64,000 bases of DNA from Centroscyllium fabricii (Eukaryota): NCBI GenBank assembly GCA_051313645.2, contig JBNRSN020000016.1:22444001-22508000 (forward strand), written 5' to 3'. Under the pieces are notes generated by a model. It had not been told where the DNA came from, searched no databases, and worked only from the letters and a program-made list of their open reading frames with translations. Of the stretch, positions 47,875-60,955 are shown one piece after another; within the stretch, counting starts at the first letter, position 1, and every line of letters begins with the position of its first letter. The translations under genes and the position numbers were made by a program.

Positions 47875-49083
47875 GAGGCAGAAATTAGGATCCCAACGCG
47901 TGAGTACGCGCTGGGCACTCACCCGTAGGCCCATCGGAAGTGCCGGTTTCCGGCATGCACCATGCACGCTCGCAAAACCGGCACTTCCGATCCCCTGAAA
48001 GAAGGAGTTAGGGGTCGGAACGCGTGCGCGGCAGTGGGTGCGCAATGCACTTGCGATTTTTTTGCAGCTTTTTATCCGGGTAAGTATTGGAAAAGGTTAC
48101 GTCTCCTATTTTCAAGCGCAAAGACTGGTTTTCAGCAGGTAAGTGGTGAATTAATTCAATTTAAAAAAACATTTCCACAGGTTTTTCATTTTTAAATACT
48201 TTAAAGAAAGGTAAGTTGATTTTTAGCCCCTTTAAATACTTCAATTCTTTTTTTCAACATTTTAAATTTTTGTTTAAAATACAGGTTGAAGTTCGTTAAT
48301 CCGGCACCCGAAAAACCGGCAACTTCGAACGTCCGTCAATAATTTCCCTGACAGCCCGGCGCATGCGCAAAAAGGCCACCGCGATCGATGCTTCGGTGAA
48401 TGATCTGCACATGCGCCGCCGAACGGCGAGCGCATGCGCAGATCATTCACAATGGCCGAGCTGATCCCGAGCCAAGCCTGGCCGCTGCGAGCCTCCCCGA
48501 GCCTGGCCGCTGCACGCTTCCCCGAGCCTGGCCGCTGTGAGCTTCCCCGAGGCGGGTCTCCCCGAATGATCAGCGCATGCGCAGACCACTCAAAATGGCC
48601 ACCGGAATTTCGCAGCGGCCATTTTGAATGGTCTGCGCATGCACTCGCCGAAACTTCAATCGTTCGGGATTTTCACTTGTCCGGTACGGGCCTGGTCCCA
48701 CCCGTGCCAGATTAACGAACATCAACCTGTAGCTAATTTATGTAACTGATAGTTATTTTAAAAAGTGTGATTTAAAAAAATATATATATTTTCAGATTTA
48801 CTGAGATTTCGGGGTTGTAGTATTCATACGTTTGACAGTTCTTCCTGTCAAACTTATGAATGGAGCATTCTGTGCTCCGATTGGCTCTCCACGGCCCACG
48901 TGATCCCGCACGAAGCCTAGCACTATTTTCGCCGCTCGGATCCGGGAGCGTGGCGCGCCGGCAGTTCAGGAAGGCCCAACATCGGAAGTCCATGTGGGGC
49001 CACAGCTCAACGGCCGGCACGGTAGGTAAGTGTGGGTTGGAGGCTTGCACTCGCGGGAAGCCTCCAACCCGAATTTCGGGGCC
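47875..49083. mobile_element. MITE of the 36191 family, ATT TSD
   Basis: arms align with 36191-37121; ATT at 47872 and 49084. Confidence 0.8.
48282..48729. mobile_element. Tc1/mariner-pogo-type MITE nested in MITE
   Basis: TA-CAGGTTGAAGTTCGTTAATCCGGCAC...GTGCCAGATTAACGAACATCAACCTG-TA. Confidence 0.88.
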
Positions 49084-49437
49084 ATTATTTGGAATCTGAA
49101 CTCCACAGTGGTTTAGTGGGCAAATGTGGCACGGTATGGTATTCAGAAAGTTCACAAGTTTTATCTCTTGTCTGTACTGCGTTCGATGATCACAGCTGAG
49201 ACAGCAATTGGGGAATTAAATTGGAAGGGGAAAAATAGATTAGGCTTTTCACCTCTGCTCACTATCCAATTCACCCTGCTGAAAAGTGCACGTGTACGGG
49301 CATCAGCGCTGGGAACCTTTCTAACTTTGGCGGAGGACTGCTGGAAAACCCTGTTCGATTGTCTATGCAGGGTTTCCGCTGGTCTTCAGCCAAAGTCCCG
49401 TCGCTCGATCAGGAAAGTCCCCGAGGAAATGTCTAAG

Positions 49438-49832
49438 GGGCGGCACGGTGGCATAGTGGTTAGCACTGTTGTCTCACAGCACTGGTGACCCGGGTTCAAA
49501 TCCTGCCTCGGGTACTATCTGTGTGGAGTTTGCACATTCTCCCCGTGTCTGCGTGGGTTTCCTCCGGGTGCTTCGGTTTCCTCCCACAGTCCAAAGATGT
49601 GCGGGTTAGGTTGATTGGCCAGGATAAATTGACCCTTAGTGTTAGGGGGATTAAATATGTGTGGTTACGGGGATAGGGTGGGATATGTATCGGTGCAGGC
49701 TCGAGAGGGATATGGGGAGAGGGCAGGGACAGGGTACTGGGTTTGGATGATCAGCCATGATCTCATTGAATGGCGGAGCAGGCTCGAGGGGCCGAATGGC
49801 CTACTCCTACTCCTTGTTTCTATGTTTCTATG
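49438..49832 (+). mobile_element. V-SINE, full length
   Basis: tRNA-like head, V-domain, CR1-like tail. Confidence 0.9.
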
Positions 49833-50112
49833 TAATGTACCCGAGGACAGGATCAGGCTCCACTTTGATTCCTCTCGTGGTCAAATGGCCTGTTAACACT
49901 CACTGCCTTGGTTTACATATGAAGAATGGCCACTTGGGAGAGTTAGCAAAGGGCTCTGCTCCGCCCTCTCTAAGGAGAAAATTAGAATAAATTTAAAAAT
50001 TGAACATTTTATATTAAATGACCACATTCGGAAGGTTTATTTTTGTGCTCAACAGGGTGAGGATGTTAGTGATAGGGAATGATACTCTTCCCAACTCGGG
50101 CTCCCAGTATTA

Positions 50113-50525
50113 CCAACAACAACTTGCATTTATATAGCGCCTTTAACATAGTAAAATGTCCCAAGGCGCTTCACAGGAGCGATTATCAAATAAAATTTGA
50201 CACTGAGCCACATAAGGAGATATTAGGACAGGCGACCAAATGTTTGGTCAAAGAGGTCGGTGTTAAGGAGCGTTTTAAAGGAGGAGGGAGAGGCAGAGAG
50301 GTTCAGGGAGGGAATTCCAGAGCTTAGGGCCGAGACAGCCGAAGACACAGCTGCCATGGTGGAGCAAAGGCAATCGGGGATACGCAGAGACCAAAACTGG
50401 AGGAACACAGAGTTCTTGGAGGATTTATAAGGCCGGAGGAGGTTATAGAGATATGGAGGGGGGGAGGCCATGGAGGGATTTGAACACAAGGATGAGAATT
50501 TTAAACTGGAGGTGTTGCTTCCCGA
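50113..50525 (-). mobile_element. L2-like LINE 3' end
   Basis: QFKILILVFKSLHGL motif typical of the L2 ORF2 C-terminus; (TTG)n tail. Confidence 0.75.
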
Positions 50526-50666
50526 CCAGGTATAACTGGATACAGAGTAAGGCAAACTCCTCCCAACAATACAGCCCCAACCAGTGTGACATTTTTAAGA
50601 ATAGCATTGTGGAAAGATTTCCAGTGAGCGAAGTTACCAATTAGGAACGCATTTTCCATACACCCA

Positions 50667-51065
50667 GAAACATAGAAACATAGAAGATAGGAGCAGGAGT
50701 AGGCCATTCGAGCCTTCTCTGCCATTCAATGAGATCATGGCTGATCATCCAAACCCAGCACCCTGTCCCTGCCTTGTCCCCATATCCCTCGATCCCTATC
50801 GAGCCTGCACCGACACATATCCCACCCTATCCCCATAACCCCACATATTAAATCCCCCTAACACTAAGGGTCAATTTATCATGACCAATCAACCTAACCC
50901 GCCCATCTTTGGACTGTGGGAGGAAACCGGAGCACCCGGAGGAAACACACGCAGACACGGGGTGAATGTGCAAACTCCACACAGATAGTACCCGAGGCCG
51001 GATTTGAACCCGGGTCTCTCGTGCTGTAAGGCAACAGTGCTAACCACTGTGCCACCGTGCCGCCC
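50667..51065 (-). mobile_element. V-SINE, near full length
   Basis: reverse-strand head, V-domain and tail. Confidence 0.9.
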
Positions 51066-52188
51066 TAGAAGAGGCTGTCCCAGCAGCCTGTGAACCTGTG
51101 ACCCAGAGATAGACAGGTTGGTGTCCAACCCACTGTGCCACCCAGCTCCCACTAAGTTTACGTGGATCAAAGGGTTAAGCTGTGCTACTGACTGTGGACG
51201 TTTTTTGCCCGCAAGCCACTCATACAGTAATCACAGTGGGTTTGGCTCTGACAGCTGCCAAGAAGGTTGCTCTTTCCCTGCCTCGTGCCTGGTGCAGCTA
51301 ATTGTCTGCAGCAGCTCATTCTCCGAGGCACTGAGAAGTTGCCTCGGTTGCAGAGTGAAGGTTTGCGCTGAGGCAGTGCACAGCTCACAAGGGACATTGC
51401 TCCACTTCTGTAGACCTCTGAGAATTCTCTGTAAATCGTTGCAATACAACCTTGCTAAAAAAAACACAAATCCGCACCAGTGAGGGATGGGCACTGAACC
51501 AGTCTTGAGCTCTAGAGTGTGTCCAAATTTCAGGGATTTGAGCAATTTGAGTCTGGCTGTGTTTGCACTTGGCTATCAATTATTACTTAAGTATCGTATA
51601 TCTCCAGAAAAACAATGGCAATTATGCGTGCATGGGTACTCACACAGGACTAAGCAGCGTGAAGTTTTAGGGCCACAATTCTGTTTTGAGAAAACTCAAT
51701 GCTTGGGATAGCAAAACATCAGAAATCTTCCCAAATGCGTTCACAATGTCGCAAACACACGGCAGCCAGAGAAAATCTTCCTCGAGCTTATTTTGCCACC
51801 AGAAACAGCTCAAAACAGCTGTTGGTTTCTTTTTGAAAGCAGTGAACTCTGTAGAATGTTTGATTAGGGAGAGTTTAAAGGTCATTTGTTCATTCTAACT
51901 GGTCCTAAACACATTTACAGATAATGGTCAACGTCCTTTCCCCGTTCGAGGTCACAGCTGTGTTTTTAATTGAATTCTGTTCATTTTTCCTCCAGCTTGC
52001 TCAGTTATCCAGGCAAGACATTCTTTTGGCTAATGGTTTGTGACACAGCTCTTTATCTCGGAGAGCTGGTGAGGTTCAAATCAGTTGGATATTATCTCAA
52101 AAACACGACTTGATACTTTTCATCATTAATTAAGCTCACCAAATAAAGTTAAGGGTTGTTTTTCTGTTCACGTACAAGAGAATAAGCA

Positions 52189-52881
52189 ACTGGAAGCAGA
52201 AGACACACCCCCATCTTCATCCAAGGGGCTGAGGTGGAAAGGGTGTCCAGCTTCAAGTTCCTCGGGGTCCACATCTCGGAAGATCTCTCCTGGTCACTAA
52301 ACACCTCCTCTCTGGTTAAGAAGGCCCAACAGCGCCTGTACTTCCTAAGGAAGCTGAAGAAAGCCAGGCTGTCATCCGGCATCCTCTCCAACTTCTACCG
52401 CTGCACAATAGAAAGCATACTGACAAGCTGCATCACTGTCTGGTATGGTAATTGCACTATCTCGGACTGGAAAACCCTGCAGCGGGTAGTCAAAACTGCC
52501 CAACGAATCACCGGTACACAGCTACCGTCAATGGAAAGCATCTACCTCAAACGCTGCTTACGGAGGTCTATGAACATTATTAAAGACCCCACACACCCCA
52601 GCCACAGTCTGTTCACCCCACTGCCCTCCGGGAGACGCTACAGAGCAATTTGCACCCGCACGACTAGATTTCAGAACAGCTTCTTCCCCAGGGCTGTCAG
52701 CCTCCTGAACTCTAAAAAGAAACTCCGGTACCTGCACGCCTGATAATGTACTTTACTGTATGCATTTTGCATGTAATTTATTTATGTTATTTGCACTACT
52801 CTCGGGAGAGTCGAGTCTTCGTCTCGTTGTATTGTACTAGTACTCTGCAATGACAATAAAACTTGAATTGAATTGAATTGA
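52189..52881 (+). mobile_element. Rex1/Babar-like LINE 3' end
   Basis: ORF 52234-52743 near-identical to the other copies; (TTGAA)n tail. Confidence 0.9.
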
Positions 52882-53680
52882 AAAACTGATTATCTGGTCA
52901 GTTGCTGTTTGCAGGACCTTGTTGTGCACAAGTTGGCTGCTGCAATCACTTACTTAACGGTGACCGCATTTCAAAAGTAATCCATTGGTCACTGAACTCT
53001 TTTGACATGTCCTGGGGACGTGCAAGGTGCTATAGAAATGCAAGCTTTCTGTTTCCACAAAGGATGACTGTCCTGCTCAATGACTCCCATAAGAAACATG
53101 GTTTGAAGCACACATCGGGTTTATGTCAACATAAGAACACAAGAAATAGGAGCAGGGGTCGGCCATTTGGCCCCTCGAGCCTGCTCTGCCCCATTCAATA
53201 AGATCATGGCTGATCTTTTACCTCATCTTCACTTTCCTGCACGATCCCCATATCTCTTGATTCCCTTAATATTCAAAAATCTATCGATCTCTGTTTTGAA
53301 TATATTCAACGACTGAGCCTCCACAGCCCTCTGGCGTAGAGAATTCCAAAGATTCTCCACCCTCTGAGTGAAGAAATTTCTCCTCATCTCAGTCCTAAAT
53401 GGCCGACCCCTTATTCTGAGACAGTGATCCCTGGTTCTAGACTCCCCAGCCAGGAAACATCCTCCCTGCATCTACCCTGTCAAGCCCTGCAAGACTTTTC
53501 TTTGTTTAAATGAGATCACCTCACATTCTTCTAAACTCTAGAGAATAAAGCCCTAGTCTACTCAATCTCTCCTCATAGGACAATCCCCCACCATCCCAGG
53601 AATCAGTCTGGTGAACCTTCGATGCACTCCCTCTATGGCAAGTATATCCTTCCTTCGGTAACGAGACCAAAACTGTACAC

Positions 53681-56600
53681 TGTGGCGACACGCCCACCAA
53701 GACCAACAAATCCGCCTCGGGAGTACTGCGGGACATGGCCCCGCCCGCCGGGCGGCGTGATGACATCACCGGGACTTCCGGCAGTGACGTCACCAACCGC
53801 GGGCCCTTTAAATATGCCTGTTCCAGGTGGCTCAGTCTCTTCGCTACCTGGCCCTTGCAGTGTAAACTATTAAATGAGTGTTATCCGATCTCACTGTCTC
53901 TAGCGTGGTTCATCAGGCCTGCATGCACTACAGTGGTGACCTCGATACTTGGAACGACTTCCAAGGGAACATAATGAAGCAGTTGCTGCAGGACTGAGGG
54001 CCAAGCTGCCTCAGTACACTCCCAACCAACATGCCAGCAGGGAGCCAAACAGCGCGACTCCACAGACTGGGCCAGAACTCCGGCCAAATACCAACCCTGC
54101 CAGAGTTCTGGGAACTACATCCAGCGGCTTGGTTCCTCAGCACGGAGAACACCTACCGCATCCATGGCGTACAGGGGGACGATCGATACAACCTGCTCTT
54201 CGCGGCCCTATCACAGACCACGGTCGACCGAATGTGGTCATCGATACAGCACGAACCAACCGCTGGCAGGTACGAATTCCTTAAGGCCGCGCTGCTAAAG
54301 AAATTCACCCCCTCCCAGTTTGAGCGCGACTGCCAGCTCATTAACCTCCCCGAACTCGGGGACGCAGACCCATCAGACCTCTGTGCCCAAATGGAAGCGC
54401 TCAATTGCGACCCAGCCACCATTAAGCGCACCTTGTTCCTCCTCAAACTGCCTCCCTCCGTCAGACCGGCTCTGACGATCCTCTACCACTACAGTAAAGA
54501 GCAACTGGCTGAGGAGGCCGACAAGCTGATGAGGGCCGAGCACTCCTGAGCCGCCACGTGCGAGCCCACTGCCGCGGCACCGGAGCACTACTATGTGCAC
54601 CCCAGGTCCGGCCCCAAGTCTGAACCCAGGCCAGTGCGCACCCGCAAAAAGCCGCGCACAACAGGCCCCGGCTGGTGTTACTACCACACCAGGTTTGAAG
54701 CTAAAGCGCAGCGCTGCGTCCAGCCCTGCACCTTCAAACCCCAAACCAGCTCAAGCCCCACCATGTCCGTAGGCCGCTCTGGAGCACTGCTCTTCGTCAC
54801 GGACAGCGGCTCAGGCCTCCGCTTCCTCTGCGACACAGGCGCGCAGCACAGCATTGTGCCAGCCTCCCCCGCAGAAACCAAGCAAGGCACCCAAGGCCCA
54901 CCACTCGAAGCCGCAAATGGCTCCGAGATAGTTACGTTCGGCACCCGCAAGCTCACCATCAAGCTAGCAGGCCACACGTACCAGTGGGACTTCATCACAG
55001 CCCAAGTCAAACTACCCCTCGTCGGGGACGATTTTCTTTGCGCCCACGGCCTACTGGTCGACGTGACCCGGCGCCGCCTGGTCGACATCCATAACATGTC
55101 GACCATCCCATGCTCCACAGGGCCGGCACACCAGGCCCACGCAGCGTCCCACTGCCGAGCCCGGAAATCCGACACGTACGGAACGCTCCTCGCGGAGTTC
55201 CCAGCCCTCACCAAACCCATCCTCACATCCCGCACAGCCAAGCATGGGGTGGAGCATCACATCACCACCACAGGCCCTCCAGTCCACGCCCACGCACGCA
55301 GGCTGGACCCGGCCAAGCTGGAGATCGCGCGTACCGAGTTCCACATCATGGAACAACTCGGCATAATCCGCCGCTCCAGCAGCCCCTGGGCCTCTCCCCT
55401 CCACATCGCCCCCAAACCCGGCGGTGGCTAGCGCCCCTGCGGAGACTATCGCCGCCTCAACAACGCCACCACCCCAGACAGGTACCCCGTACCCCACATC
55501 CAAGACTTCTCAGCAAGGCTATCCGGCTGCATGATTTTTTCAAAGATCGACCTGGTACGGGGCTACCACCAGGTACCGGTGCACCCGGCGGACGTCCCTA
55601 AGACAGCCGTCATTACCCCTTTCGGCCTTTTCGAGTTTCTCCGAATGCCCTTCGGACTCAAAAACGGGCCCAGGCCTTCCAACGCCTCATGGACTCAGTC
55701 CTACGGGACTTGCAGTTCACATTCGTCTACCTGGACGACATCCTCGTGGCCAGCACCTCCCCCCAGGAACACCTCCTCCATCTCAGGACCCTGTTCAAAC
55801 GCCTGGTCGAACACGGCCTTATATTAAGCCCCTCCAAATGTCGGTTCGGCCTCGAGACGATCGACTTCCTCGGCCACCGCATTTCCCAGACCGGGGCCAT
55901 ACCCCTGCCCTCCAAGGTGCACATGGTCCAGGAATTCCCCCGCCCGCACTCCATCAAGGGGCTGCAGGAATTCCTTGGGATGGTTAATTTTTATAACCGC
56001 TCCATCCCAGGAGCAGCCGCTCTCATGGCACCCCTCTACCAGGCCACCCGCGGGCAGTCCAACAAGGCTGCGGTCGAGTGGATGGCCGAAGCCACCACCG
56101 CCTTCACCGCAACCAAAACCGCCCTGGCCAACGCCACGCTCCTAGCCCACCCTAGGCCCAATGCCAGAGTGCCCCTCACCACCGACGCCTCCGACCGCGC
56201 CGTCGGAGCAGTCTACGAGCAGTGGACAGGCAACTCCTGGCAACCCCTGGCCTTTTTCAGCCGGCAACTCCGGCCCCCGGAGGTCAAGTACAGCACCTTC
56301 GATAGGGAGCTACTCGCTCTCTACCTCGCAGTGCGCCACTACCGCTTCCTCCTAGAGGGCCGCCACTTTACAGCCTTCGTAGATCACAAGCCACTCGTGT
56401 CAGCGATGGCTAAGATCGCCGAACCCTGGTCGGCCAGGCAGCAGCGCCAGCTCGCGGCTGTGTCGGAGTTTACCACCGACATACAGCACATCGCCGGCCG
56501 CGACAACGTGGTTGCTGACTGCCTGTCACGTCCCACCATCAACTCCGTACAAACGGCCGTCGACTACGCCAAACTGGCGGCCGACCAACTGACCGACCCC

Positions 56601-58228
56601 GATCTGCTCGACCCAGCTACCAACCTCCCCGGCCTGCACTTGGCCACCGTAGCACACGGGCGCACAGCCACGGCGGTCCGCTGCGACGTCTCCCTCCCGC
56701 AGCCCAGACCCGTCGTCCCCCACGCATGGAGGCGACACATCTTCCAGACCCTCCATGACCTGTCCCACCCCGGCGCCCGCGCGTCCACTAAGCTGATTTC
56801 GGCACGTTTCGTTTGGTGCGGCCTGCTCAAGGATGTCCGCGCCTGGACCAACGCCTGCACTGCCTGCCAGCGCGCCAAGGTGCACAAGCACATCAAGGCA
56901 CCACTAGAAACGTTTGCCATCCCAGCTAGACGCTTCAGCCACGTCCACATCGACCTGGTCGGACCACTACCGCCATCACGGGGACATACACACGTCATGA
57001 CAATGGTCGACCGCAGCACCCGCTGGCCAGAAGCGGTCCCACTCACCGCTACCACCACCGTGGACCTGGCCAGGGCCTTCATCGCCACCTGAGTCGCACG
57101 TTTCGGCGTACCCACCGACATCACGTCGTACAGGGGCCCCCAATTTACCTCAACCCTATGGGCGACCATCGCCCACGACCTCGGGGCAACCCTGCACCAA
57201 ACCACCGCCTACCACCCACAGGCCAATGGCCTCTGTGAACAGTTCCACTGCTCCATCAAAGCTTCCCTGCGGGCCAGCCTTAAGGACGCAACCTGGACCG
57301 ACCGCCTGCCCTGGGTAATGCTCGGCCTACGCTCAGCGGCCAAGGAAGACCTACATGCCTCAGCGGCGGAACTCGTCTACGGCCAACCCCTAACCGTACC
57401 AGGCGAGTTCGTCGCAGAACCCAACGCCCCCTGGTCAGCCGACCGCTGCCTCAAGGAATTTAACAATCAGGCAGGGGCGTTCAAACCACTCCCGGTGGCC
57501 TGGCACGGAGAGCCGGCAGCACGTGTGCCAGGCGGCATCAAGAACGCCAAATATGTGTTTGTCCGCCACGACGCACATCGAACACCACTACAGCCACCGT
57601 ACGATGGACCGTACAGAGTGCTTCGGGCGGGACCTAAGACATTCCAAATCAAAATGGGCAACAGAACGGAGACTGTCTCGATTGACCGGCTCAAACCGGC
57701 ACATGTAATGGCGGGTGAGACAACAGTCCCCGCGCAGCCACCAAAATGCGGACGCCCTACCGCACCAAAGCCCGCCCACACTCCCATGCAGAACAAGGAG
57801 CAGCGCACGACACGTGCCGGCCGCATCATCCGGCCACCGCAACGCCTCGCCTGAGACTCACCTTTTATGCTCCATTTTTTAATTTTTACTTTATTCTCCC
57901 TTTTTTTATTTTTAACTTTATTCTCCCTCACAGATTCTGGGGGGGAGCTGTGTGGCGACACGCCCACCAAGACCAACGAATCCGCCTCGGGAGTACTGCG
58001 GGACACGGCCCCGCCCGCCGGGCGGCGTGATGACGTCACCGCGACTTCCGGCGTGATGACGTCACCGGGACTTCCGGCAGTGACGTCACCAACCGCGGGC
58101 CTTTTAAATATGCCTGTTCCAGGTGGCTCAGTCTCTTCGCTACCTGGCCCTTGCAGTGTAAACTATTAAATGGGTGTTATCCGATCTCACTGTCTCTCGC
58201 ATGGTTCTTCAGGCCTGCATGCACTACA
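53681..58228 (+). mobile_element. full-length CsRN1-type Ty3/Gypsy provirus
   Basis: LTRs 53681-53932 and 57951-58228 (TGTGG...CTACA), 4-bp TSD ACAC, Trp-like PBS TGGTGACCTCGA, G-rich PPT, order gag-PR-RT-RH-IN. Confidence 0.95.
54031..57854 (+). pseudogene. pol: Gypsy gag-pol with stops (54547, 55429, 57090) and a frameshift near 55665
   Basis: CYYHTRF...[47 protein letters not shown]. Confidence 0.92.
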
Positions 58229-58847
58229 ACACAATACTCCAGGTGTGGTCTCACCAGGGCCCGATATAATTGCAGTAAGACATCTTTACTATTATACTCA
58301 AATCCTCTTGTAATAAAGGCCAACATACCATTTGCTTTCCTAATTGCTTGCTGTACCTGCATGTTAACTTTCAGTGATTCGTGTACAAGGGCCCTCGGGT
58401 CCCTCTGAACACCAACATTTCTCAATCTCTCACCATTTAAAAAATACTCTGCTTTTCTTTTTTTCCTACCAAAGTGGATAACTTCACATTTCTCCACATT
58501 ATATTCCATTTGCCATGATCTTGCACACTCACTTAACCTGTCTATGTCCCCTTGAAGCCTCTTTGCATCCTCCTCACAACTTAAATTCCCACCCAGCTTT
58601 GTATCATCAGCAAACTTGGATATATTACATTTGGTCCCCTCATCCAAATCATTGATGTAGATTGTGAATAGCTGCGGCCCAAGCACTGATCCTTGCGGTA
58701 CACCACTAGTTACAGTCTGCTAACCCAAAAATAATCCGTTTATTCCTACTCTCTGTTTTCTGTCCATTAACCAATCCAAATGGGTGGTGGCTAATTTTCC
58801 AAATTCACACTTGCAGCAAGGAACTTTGCCCATTGTGAATGAGTTGT

Positions 58848-59310
58848 TTTTTTATTTATCCATTCATGGGATGTGGGCGTCGCTGGCAAGGCCGGCATTT
58901 ATTGCCCATCCCTAATTGCCCTTGAGAAGGTGGTGGTGAGCCGCCTTCTTGAACCGCTGCAGTCCGTGTGGTGAAGGTGCTCCCACAATGCTGACTTTGT
59001 CGCAGCGGATTGGTGACAACTGTGTGGCTTGCTGGGCCATTTCAGAGGCCAGCTAAGAGTCAACCACATTGCTGTGGGTCAGGAGTCACATATCGGCCAG
59101 ACCAGTTAAGGACGGCAGATTTCCTTCCCTTCAGGACTTTAGTGAACCAGATGGGTTTTTACGACAATCTGATAGTTTCATGGTTACCATTACTGATAAT
59201 AGCTTTTATTCCAGAGTTATTTAATGAACTGAATTTAAATTCCCCCAGCTGCCATGGTGGGATTCTGAAATCACGTCTCCGGATTATTAGTCCAGGCCGC
59301 TGGATTATTA
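58848..59310 (-). mobile_element. SINE family B
   Basis: similar to 43070-43542. Confidence 0.75.
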
Positions 59311-59313
59311 ATA

Positions 59314-59731
59314 ACATAAACATAGAAACATAGAAAAATAGAAGATAGGAGCAGGAGTAGGCCATTCGGCCCTTCGAGCCTGCTCCGCCATTCAATGAGA
59401 TCATGGCTGATCATCCAAACCCAGCACCCCGCCCCTACCCGCTCCCCATATCCCTCGATCCCTATCGAGCCTACACCGACACATATCCCACCCTATCCCC
59501 GTAACCCCATATATTCAATCCCCCTAACACTAAGGGTCAATTTATCCTGGCCAATCAACCTAACCCGCACATCTTTGGACTGTGGGAGGAAACCGGAGCA
59601 CCCGGAGGAAACCCACGCAGACACGGGGAGAATGTGCAAACTCCACACAGATAGTACCCGAGGCTGGATTTGAACCCGGGTCTCCAGTGCTGTGAGACAG
59701 CAGTGCTAACCACTGTGCCACCATGCCGCCC
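59314..59731 (-). mobile_element. V-SINE, full length
   Basis: reverse-strand head, V-domain and tail. Confidence 0.9.
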
Positions 59732-60659
59732 ATACCCACTATGCTACCATTCCCCTGGGGTATCTGGCTGTGGTGTACAATACAGCTGACTTCGACATCT
59801 AACCACTATATCCACACAAAATGCAGGTCATTGGATATCCACCAAAAGTGGGGACCACGGCTGATTTTCCCCCTCCTTGGCCTAGGTAGGCCGAGGACAA
59901 CAGCAGCACTATTCTTGGTTGAGGACAGTTCTCTCAGCAAAGACCAGCGATCATACCTGCCACTTTATTTGGTCTGTTTTTCTCAGTTTGGCACTGGGTT
60001 TTCAAGGCCAAGGAACTTTCTCTTTCTTTAACGATTGCCAGGGGTGTCCAGATTGCAGTCATTGTTGTGTCAGATACCTGAAAATGAAGAGAGGTATTGG
60101 GATGGCAGGCTTCAGCAGCTTGCTATTGAAGAAGAGAAAATATCCAGACTGTTTTGTTTAAATGTTGGGCAATCTGCCATGAAGAAAAAGTTAGATGGGT
60201 CTAGCTTAACTGGTGGGTGGTTGGCAACATTTGACAGCTTGACATTGAGGGAAAAGTCAGATTTTTTTTTTGCATGCTGAAATGATCAGCAGTTGGCAGC
60301 TTTGCTTCGAAGCAGAATGTCAGACTGTCTTGTTTAAATCCATAGTGGTTGAGAGCGCTGCATGACATGCTGCAATACTTCATTCATAATTTATGCATGA
60401 ATCTCAAAGATTGTCACTTGCCCATCAATGATGGAACCCTCCGAGATATCTGCGCTCCTCCAATTCATGTCTCTTGTGCATTCCCCGATTTTCCTCGCTC
60501 CACTCTGATCGGCCGTGCCTTCCGCTGCCTGGACCCTAAGCTCTGGAATTCCCTCCCTAAACCTCTCCGCCTCTCTACCTCTCTACCTCTCTTTCCGCCT
60601 TTAAGACGCTGCTTAAAACCTACCTCTATGGCCAAGCTTTTGGTCACAAGTCCTAACAT

Positions 60660-60913
60660 TGTGGCGTTTCCACATTGGGGAATAAATGTCTGCACACAAT
60701 TAAACATGTAAAATCCCTTTTAACTGGCAGTTTCCCCCTCCCCTTTAAGAGAGAGGGAAAACGGGAAAAACGGGACCAAGCTGTGACATCGTAGCGCATT
60801 TCGCAGGCTTTTGAATTCATTCTGTTTGTTGGAGTTGAGTAAAAAAGACCTGTGTTGAGTTACTCTACCGAGTTTGGCTGATTATTTTCATTGGGAGACC
60901 GTGGTCTCCTACA
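60660..60913 (+). mobile_element. probable solo LTR inserted in an L2 3' end
   Basis: TGTGG...CCTACA, imperfect 4-bp TSD ACAT/ATAT; L2 sequence continues on both sides. Confidence 0.6.
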
Positions 60914-60955
60914 ATATCTTCTTTTGTGGTTCAGTGTCAAATTCTGTTTGATAAT

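Larger units (their letters stand above)
53130..58770 (-). mobile_element. CR1 LINE fragment split by the Gypsy provirus (53130-53680 and 58229-58770)
   Basis: LGPQLFTIYINDL...KFADDTKL...LVRPHLEYC on the right, RRNFFTQRV on the left. Confidence 0.88.
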
